Source: a virus. Taken from it: a DNA stretch of 64,000 nt. Below are positions 57,844 to 64,000 of this stretch, piece after piece. The notes beneath the pieces are model-generated. The model was given only the letters and a program-made list of their open reading frames with translations. It did not search any database and was not told the origin of the DNA. The stretch spans positions 97,562 through 161,561 of IMG/VR virus record IMGVR_UViG_3300045253_000023; one strand, given 5' to 3'. The translations under genes and the position numbers were made by a program. Position 1 is the first letter of the stretch. Each line of letters opens with the position of its first letter.

Positions 57844-59094
57844 ATGGCTCTTAATACATACACTGATCGCAGAACGTCTGTCCAAATCAAGGACATCTAT
57901 ATTGAGTCCGAGCAGTGGGACTTGAAGAACTTCTTTGTTCGCTGTCTGATCTTTGAAGACATGTACACTCACTTTATGACTGGGCAGGTGTTGATCCTTG
58001 ATGCTATCTCTATGACAGAGAAGATTCCTCTGACTGGATGGCAGAAGCTCGTCATTACTTTCCAATCAAACGCAGACGGCCCATTTGTTACATGGTCAAA
58101 GACCTTCCGTATCTACAAGATCGGCAATGCTTCTCCTGATTCCAACTCAGGCACGCGTTCTCGCTCGTATATGCTGTACTTCATATCAGATGAAGCCAAC
58201 AAAGAGATGTCCAATCGCATCTCTCGTTCCTATGTCAACATGACTGAAGACCAGATTGTAAATGACGTTGGCACCAATGTACTCGGTTGCTCCAATCTCG
58301 AATGCGAGCCTGCGAAGTATCCAAAGAGCCTCATCGTTCCCAATTGGAAGCCTGTGCAGTTGATTGATTATTGCTGCAAGACTGCTATTCGCGCCAGCGG
58401 ATATGAGGCCGCGAACTTCATGTTCTATGAGACTATCGATGGCTACAAGTTCAAGAGCCTTGATTCTATTGTAGAGAGTGGAGCTGACTCTGTACACGTC
58501 ACGTCTGGCGCAGTTGCTCAATTGTTCGGTCAAGACGACAGTATGACGTCAACAACTCGTCAAGCCAAGTCATTTAACAGCAAGAACAACTTTGACTTCA
58601 TTGCATCGTCAAGGCGCGGAGCCTTCGGCACTCGCTTCTCTGGACTTGATACAATATCCAAGAAGTGGAAGAACTTTGACTATGTGTATTCCTCGGACTT
58701 CGGTGCTATGCCAAAGATCGATGGAGGAAATCAGATACTCACGGACAACACTATTGATGTCCCTGATCAATTCCAGAAGTTCGGACCATGGCAGTCTGAG
58801 CCTCGTGGATACAATTCAGACTACAATCACAAACACGTGCACAAGCGCAAGGGTCATATGGGACTCTGGGAGAACATTGTATATCATGCAGATATTGACG
58901 GAGATACCAGAGTGAAGCTGGGAAGCAAAGTGGCCTTTGATCTGCCTTCCTATGACGGAACCAATCCTGAATCACAGAACCTTGATTCGCAACACTCAGG
59001 CAATTACATCGTGACGCAGATTGCGCATTCATTCAACTCAATGCAGCATCGCCAGACACTCGGCCTGCGCAAGCATATGCTGAAGGGAGGCTAA
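57844..59094 (+). CDS. baseplate hub protein (gp27/gpD-like)
   Basis: IFEDM...G, ISRSY, VPNWKP, FMFYETIDGYKFKSL, SGNYIVTQIAH; lies before gp5. Confidence 0.7.
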   Translation: MALNTYTDRRTSVQIKDIYIESEQWDLKNFFVRCLIFEDMYTHFMTGQVLILDAISMTEKIPLTGWQKLVITFQSNADGPFVTWSKTFRIYKIGNASPDSNSGTRSRSYMLYFISDEANKEMSNRISRSYVNMTEDQIVNDVGTNVLGCSNLECEPAKYPKSLIVPNWKPVQLIDYCCKTAIRASGYEAANFMFYETIDGYKFKSLDSIVESGADSVHVTSGAVAQLFGQDDSMTSTTRQAKSFNSKNNFDFIASSRRGAFGTRFSGLDTISKKWKNFDYVYSSDFGAMPKIDGGNQILTDNTIDVPDQFQKFGPWQSEPRGYNSDYNHKHVHKRKGHMGLWENIVYHADIDGDTRVKLGSKVAFDLPSYDGTNPESQNLDSQHSGNYIVTQIAHSFNSMQHRQTLGLRKHMLKGG

Positions 59095-59096
59095 TC

Positions 59097-60263
59097 ATGG
59101 CACAACCAGAAAGCCTCGGAGGCATCATCTCTGGCAACTTCTGTTGGTTTATGGGAGTGGTTGAGGATATCACTGATCCAAAGAAATGGGATCGTGTTCG
59201 TGTCCGCATTCACGGACTCCATACAGATCAGACAGTTGTTGATCCTTCCTCAGGAAAGGGCATTCCACCACCAGACCTTCCATGGTCAAAGGTGACAGGA
59301 ACCTGCCTCGGACCTCGCATTCATGGCTTTGGAACCAATCATGGATTGGTTGAAGGAACATGGGTGTTCGGCTTCTCTATGGACGGAGAGTCCTACAACG
59401 ATCTGTATATCGTGGGAACTATTCCAGGCGTACCAGAGGACAAGAATCCAAACCCTACAACACCACCAGCAGCCTTCTTCGGACAAGACGGCAAGTATCC
59501 GCTTGAGGAATATCTGAAGGAACCAGATGTTCATCGTCTTGCTCGCAACATCCTCAAGTACAACAAGGCTCCGTGGAAACCTATTCCTCTCGTCAAGCAG
59601 GCTGAGGCCAAGAAACAGATTCCGACTGCGGCTGGCGACAAATGGGATGAAATGGATCCTGCTTATGCTGCCGAGTATCCAAACAACCAGGTGACTGAAT
59701 ATCCTTCAACAGATACCATCGGTCATACAACAGAATTCGATTCGACTCCTGGCAAAGAACGCATCACTCTATGGCATGGTCCATCGCATTCATATCGAGA
59801 CTATCACTCTGATGGTTCTCGCATGACCAAGATTGTTGGCAAGGACTACACTATTGTCTTGAAAGACAACAATCTCTTTGTCGGAGGCAACCTAAATATC
59901 ACGGCACAAGGTAATGTGAACATCTTGTCTGTCGGCAATACTCATGTCAAGAGCGACACGTCAATCTTGGTTGAGGCTTCAACCACTATCACTGCCAAGG
60001 CTGGCGCAGCGATCACCGTAGAGGCTGGCGCGGCTGTTACTGTACAGGCTGCTGCTGAATGTACTGTGCGCGCAGGAGCGGCTGTTACGATTGAGGCTCT
60101 TGGTGACGCTACACTCCAGGCCGCAGGTGTCGTGAATGTAGATGCGGGCGGAATTGTCAACGTCACTGCTGGACTCGGAATCAGTCTGATTGCGCCAGCC
60201 TTTGTTAACATTGACGCCGCATTGATCACCTTGGTCGGCGAAGTTGTGATGGCGAGCGTATAA
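59097..60263 (+). CDS. 5: baseplate central spike gp5 (OB fold plus beta-helix, no lysozyme domain)
   Basis: WFMGVVEDITDP...RVRVRIHG, EYPNNQV, GH..EFDSTPGKERI; 8-residue VEAGAAVT-type repeats. Confidence 0.9.
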   Translation: MAQPESLGGIISGNFCWFMGVVEDITDPKKWDRVRVRIHGLHTDQTVVDPSSGKGIPPPDLPWSKVTGTCLGPRIHGFGTNHGLVEGTWVFGFSMDGESYNDLYIVGTIPGVPEDKNPNPTTPPAAFFGQDGKYPLEEYLKEPDVHRLARNILKYNKAPWKPIPLVKQAEAKKQIPTAAGDKWDEMDPAYAAEYPNNQVTEYPSTDTIGHTTEFDSTPGKERITLWHGPSHSYRDYHSDGSRMTKIVGKDYTIVLKDNNLFVGGNLNITAQGNVNILSVGNTHVKSDTSILVEASTTITAKAGAAITVEAGAAVTVQAAAECTVRAGAAVTIEALGDATLQAAGVVNVDAGGIVNVTAGLGISLIAPAFVNIDAALITLVGEVVMASV

Positions 60264-60274
60264 CAGGAAGAACA

Positions 60275-60700
60275 ATGGCTTACGGAAGAGACAGAGAAGG
60301 AATCTATACAGCGAAGCAACCCTTTCAGGACTTCGATGTTGCGTTCGCTCGCAATCCCATTACAAATGATCTAGTTGTTCTATCCCCGCAGAAGAGCATC
60401 GAACAGAGTGTCCGATTGTTGGTTCTTACACAGTTCTATGAGAGAGCATATCGTCCATATCTCGGAACCAAGATAGCAGGAGCCTTGTTTGAATTGCCAG
60501 GAGCCAGCATCCTCAAGACTTTGGGTCGTGATTTGACCACCTACATAAACAGGTATGAACCACGCGTCATTGTACAGAGCGTGGACGTATCTCCTCTATC
60601 CGCATTTGATGCAAACAGCATTTCTATTGACATATCATACACAATTCGTGGACAAACGAAAGTGTATGATGTCCAAGTCATCCTCAAGAGAGTCCGTTAA
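60275..60700 (+). CDS. 25: baseplate wedge gp25
   Basis: DFD..F..NP...D, SIEQSV, ERAYRP.LG, YEPRV. Confidence 0.9.
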   Translation: MAYGRDREGIYTAKQPFQDFDVAFARNPITNDLVVLSPQKSIEQSVRLLVLTQFYERAYRPYLGTKIAGALFELPGASILKTLGRDLTTYINRYEPRVIVQSVDVSPLSAFDANSISIDISYTIRGQTKVYDVQVILKRVR

Positions 60701-62511
60701 TGACAACACCAGTAATCAATACGAGAGACTTCTCGAAACTCGACTTCTCAGACCAACGTCAGAAGCTGGTGGACTTTCTGTCTACGCAAACCGAATTCCA
60801 GGACTTCAATTTCAATGGTCCTGCTATCTCAATCCTGATTGATGCTCTCACATACACCAATCTACAACTCTCGACATATGCCAACTTCTCTCTGTCTGAA
60901 GTATTTCTTGACTCTGCACAGATTCGTGGTTCGGTTGTCTCGCGAGCAAAGGAACTCGGATATACACCTCGCTCTGTCTCTGCTGCCTATGCAGAGCTGC
61001 GATTGACTGTTGTCCTTGGTTCTGCTAACACAGGCATCACCAACTTCTATATTCCTGCTTGGTCGAAGTTTGCAGCAAATGTGAACAATCAAGCATTCAC
61101 ATTCATGACCACCAACAGATACCAATTGTTGGAAGAGCGTGATTCGAACAACATCGTTATCAATCCAGGAACCTATGTCGCAGACGTAGTTGTCTATGAA
61201 GGATTGTTGACGCAACAGTCGTTCCTGTATACATCAGACACGCTACAGCAGCTGTTCACCTTCACCAATCAAATGATTGATACTCGCTTCATGACGGTGA
61301 CAACAACAGAAGCAAACAATTCGACAAACATCTTGACATGGGTTCAGAGCCCAAACATCGTCAAGGTCGGACCAACAGATCAAGTGTACTTCATACAGGA
61401 AGGTCCTGATGGGTTCTGGCAAATGTATTTTGGCGACAATATTGTTGGCGCTGCTCCATCGGTCAACTCCCGCATCAAAGCTCAGTATCTGGCAACGCAA
61501 GGCGCGGGCGCGAATGGCATCAGCGTATTCGCCCTTGTAGATACCATTTCGTATCTGTCTCCGCTGTCTTCATCGAATGTCAACGTTCCTGGAACCGCAT
61601 TCGCAGTGACAACCGTCACTCCTTCTGGATATGGCGCGGACAGAGAATCAATTGACTCGATCAGAGACGCCGCACCAAAGGCATACAAGGCTCAGAACCG
61701 AGCAGTCACTGTTCAGGACTACATCTCTATCCTACAGAATCAATATGGATACATCGAATCTGCAGCCGTATGGGGTGGACAGGACAACATTCCTCCATTC
61801 TATGGTAAGGTCTTTGTCTCCGTCAAACCGAAGTATGGAAACTATCTGTCTCCATTGACCAAGGTAGCCATTGAGAACAACCTTTCGCAGAACTATTCTG
61901 TGGTTGGAATCACTCCTGTCGTCGTTGATCCTGACTTTACATTCGCATTCATCACGTCAAATGTGTTCTACAACCAAACAATGACGACCCTGACGTCAGG
62001 AGACCTCAACAATCTGGTTACAAAGACAATTGATGACTTCTTCACATCAAATGTATCATTCTTCTCTGGTGTATTCCGCTATTCAAAGTTGCTCGGAGCA
62101 ATCGACGACACCGATCCTTCGATTCAAGGCAACGATACAACAGTACAGATGGCAAAGATATTCACTCCGACACCAGGAGTGCTACAAGAGTGGAATTTCC
62201 AGTTCTACAATCCGATTGTTCCTGGTTCCGTCATTACTGACGTGTTCACTGCCTCATCGAATCAAGGCGTCACGCTACAAGACGATGGAGCAGGACATCT
62301 GAATCAATATGTTCTCGGCGTTCTTGTTGCGACTGGCATCGGCACCGTCAATTATACAACAGGAATCATCAATCTGAATTCCTTTGTCTTCAACGTTCCA
62401 GCAAATACGACAATCACGATGCGAGCAAAGCCTGCGACAAATGACCTCGTCACAGTCCGCAACAATCTGATTGTTCTCCAGAAAACCAACGTCCAGGTTC
62501 AGAGCATCTAA
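60700..62511 (+). CDS. 6: baseplate wedge gp6
   Basis: LDF, FQDFNFNG, FLDSAQIRGSVVSRAKELGYTPRS, QNRAVTVQDY, YGKVFVSVKP. Confidence 0.93.
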   Translation: MTTPVINTRDFSKLDFSDQRQKLVDFLSTQTEFQDFNFNGPAISILIDALTYTNLQLSTYANFSLSEVFLDSAQIRGSVVSRAKELGYTPRSVSAAYAELRLTVVLGSANTGITNFYIPAWSKFAANVNNQAFTFMTTNRYQLLEERDSNNIVINPGTYVADVVVYEGLLTQQSFLYTSDTLQQLFTFTNQMIDTRFMTVTTTEANNSTNILTWVQSPNIVKVGPTDQVYFIQEGPDGFWQMYFGDNIVGAAPSVNSRIKAQYLATQGAGANGISVFALVDTISYLSPLSSSNVNVPGTAFAVTTVTPSGYGADRESIDSIRDAAPKAYKAQNRAVTVQDYISILQNQYGYIESAAVWGGQDNIPPFYGKVFVSVKPKYGNYLSPLTKVAIENNLSQNYSVVGITPVVVDPDFTFAFITSNVFYNQTMTTLTSGDLNNLVTKTIDDFFTSNVSFFSGVFRYSKLLGAIDDTDPSIQGNDTTVQMAKIFTPTPGVLQEWNFQFYNPIVPGSVITDVFTASSNQGVTLQDDGAGHLNQYVLGVLVATGIGTVNYTTGIINLNSFVFNVPANTTITMRAKPATNDLVTVRNNLIVLQKTNVQVQSI

Positions 62512-64000
62512 TGGCAGTCGTCACCCCAGCATCCAACAAGTCGCTTGAATGGTTTGTCAGCAAAGTCATTCCATCCTACATCATTGAGAACTTTTCCGGA
62601 ACTCCTGGCGCACCCTCATTGCCTCTTTTTGTGCAAAAGTTCTTTGAGTTTCTGAATCATAACTACATCGACACTGTTCGAGATGAATCAGGAAACATTC
62701 TCTCGCAGACGATCACGTGCCAAGGCGCATATCTGATCATCCAGAACCTGATTTCGTATGCGGATATTGATCAGACAATCACTGGATTCCTTCAGCACTT
62801 CAAAAATGAATATGCAGACAGCTTTCCATTCGTGGGAGACTTCGACGATCCTCAGAATTCAATAACTACAGACATTCGTCGTCTTATCAAGCACATCCGT
62901 GACTTCTATTTGTCGAAGGGAAGCATCTCATCGCTCAAGTTCTTCTTCATGGCGGCCTTCGGACAGGAGATATCTCTCTACTTTCCGACCGTTGATATCC
63001 TGCGAGTCTCAGATGGTAAATGGTTCCAGCCTGTCTATCTCGGAGCAATCAATCTCGACAATACTGCGCTCACAGATGTGCAGCTCGCCAATCTCCCTGA
63101 TCGCTACATCATCGGACAGACCTCGCTCGCTTCTGGATATATCCAGAAGATTGATACGGTCATCATTCCGAATGGCGTCGTTGATACTGCGCTCCATAAT
63201 TGGATATCGCTTGCGACCGTCAAGGGAACATTCCTCGATGGTGAGCAGATCAAGGTTTATGATTCAATCACAAATCAAGTCCTCTATACGCTGAAGCTAC
63301 AGGACAGAGGCTATTCGACTCTTGATGGAACCTATCCTGCGCGCCCATATCACTACAAGGGACTCTGGGAAAATGGATTCCACTACAAGACTGGCGATGT
63401 CGTTGCTGTTCTTGCCTCGCAGTTCTCTGTTCCTCCTGCGGCCTGGAATCATTCGACATCCTATACAGTCGGCAATCAAGTAACAGTTTCTGGTTCGCCA
63501 TATATTTGGCAGTGCACAGCAAATGTCGGCCCTGTCGGAACAACCGTCACTCCACCGACTGATCTCTCACATTGGACAAAGATTGTTTTCTGGGTAGCAA
63601 AAGAGGAATTCACCTCGCTGACTCAGCCCCAGTGGCAGGTCGGCTTCTACTCGCATGCGTCAATCGTTGTATATTCCGGACAGGTGTATCAAGTCAAGAA
63701 CAATCGACAGACGTGGAAGGGAGCAGTCTCTCCAAATCTGGACGCAAACAATTGGGCTCCTCTCGGTTTGATTTCCGGAACCGTCACTCCGAACGTTTGG
63801 TCCGCATCAAACACCTACACGAATGGAGACATCGTACAATACAATCTCGGCACATTCTGGGTCGCATATCAGCTCAGATACTTCCGATCGCAATTTGTTA
63901 ACAACTCCAATCCATCGGTTGATACAATCAATTGGAATCATCTCTCCTCGGACTCGGCTGCGAACTACACTCTTATTCCTCCTGGAACCGTCTACAATTG
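62511..64000 (+). CDS. baseplate wedge gp7-like protein with CBM5/12-like repeats (runs off window end)
   Basis: Hand translation of both ends: MAVVTPASNK...LIKHIRDFYLSKGS...DILRVSDGKW; later WNHSTSYTVGNQV and WSASNTYTNGDIV; absent from the ORF track, consistent with no stop before 64000. Confidence 0.8.
   Translation, partial: MAVVTPASNKSLEWFVSKVIPSYIIENFSGTPGAPSLPLFVQKFFEFLNHNYIDTVRDESGNILSQTITCQGAYLIIQNLISYADIDQTITGFLQHFKNEYADSFPFVGDFDDPQNSITTDIRRLIKHIRDFYLSKGSISSLKFFFMAAFGQEISLYFPTVDILRVSDGKWFQPVYLGAINLDNTALTDVQLANLPDRYIIGQTSLASGYIQKIDTVIIPNGVVDTALHNWISLATVKGTFLDGEQIKVYDSITNQVLYTLKLQDRGYSTLDGTYPARPYHYKGLWENGFHYKTGDVVAVLASQFSVPPAAWNHSTSYTVGNQVTVSGSPYIWQCTANVGPVGTTVTPPTDLSHWTKIVFWVAKEEFTSLTQPQWQVGFYSHASIVVYSGQVYQVKNNRQTWKGAVSPNLDANNWAPLGLISGTVTPNVWSASNTYTNGDIVQYNLGTFWVAYQLRYFRSQFVNNSNPSVDTINWNHLSSDSAANYTLIPPGTVYN

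Noticed and set aside
59940-60260. 24-bp periodic repeats in gp5 as a DNA-level repeat or DGR
   Set aside because: Explained by the 8-residue beta-helix of the spike; no reverse transcriptase or template/variable repeat pair was seen.
1-64000. Alternative genetic code or stop-codon reassignment
   Set aside because: Core genes are full length in the standard code and end in TAA, TGA or TAG; no suppressor tRNA was found (the TAG and TAA anticodons read Leu codons CTA and TTA).

Overview
This 64 kb window is part of a large T4-like myovirus genome in the standard genetic code, mostly on the + strand. All protein calls come from motif recognition by eye; no database search was run. (1) 1-3.4 kb: four tRNAs (Thr-GGT, Thr-CGT, Leu-TAG, Leu-TAA) interleaved with small ORFs. 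(2) 3.4-6.6 kb: a coupled four-gene operon of Ntn glutamine amidotransferase, amidoligase, GNAT and amino acid:DNA transferase (aGPT-Pplase2 type). (3) 6.6-48 kb: an early/accessory region driven by about 15 copies of a conserved sigma70-type promoter. It carries an SF1 helicase, RNA ligase, Pth2-like protein, MazG/GT2/Nmad5, NAD salvage (NadM-Nudix plus NAMPT), a circularly permuted two-piece tmRNA, topoisomerase II, DHFR, RNase H, DNA ligase, an outer-membrane beta-barrel, thymidylate synthase, PhoH, a TET/JBP-type 2OG-Fe(II) dioxygenase and a 5-hmU-DNA-kinase-like P-loop kinase. (4) 48-51 kb: T4 core dsbA-dexA-33-59-32. (5) 51-64 kb: tail and baseplate genes. The best candidate for an undescribed system is a split, fully post-replicative thymine hypermodification pathway: TET/JBP oxidation, then kinase, then amino acid:DNA transferase, then amidation and acetylation, in a phage that keeps a canonical-looking TS plus DHFR. 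The second is a phage-borne permuted tmRNA whose intervening segment itself looks tRNA-like.
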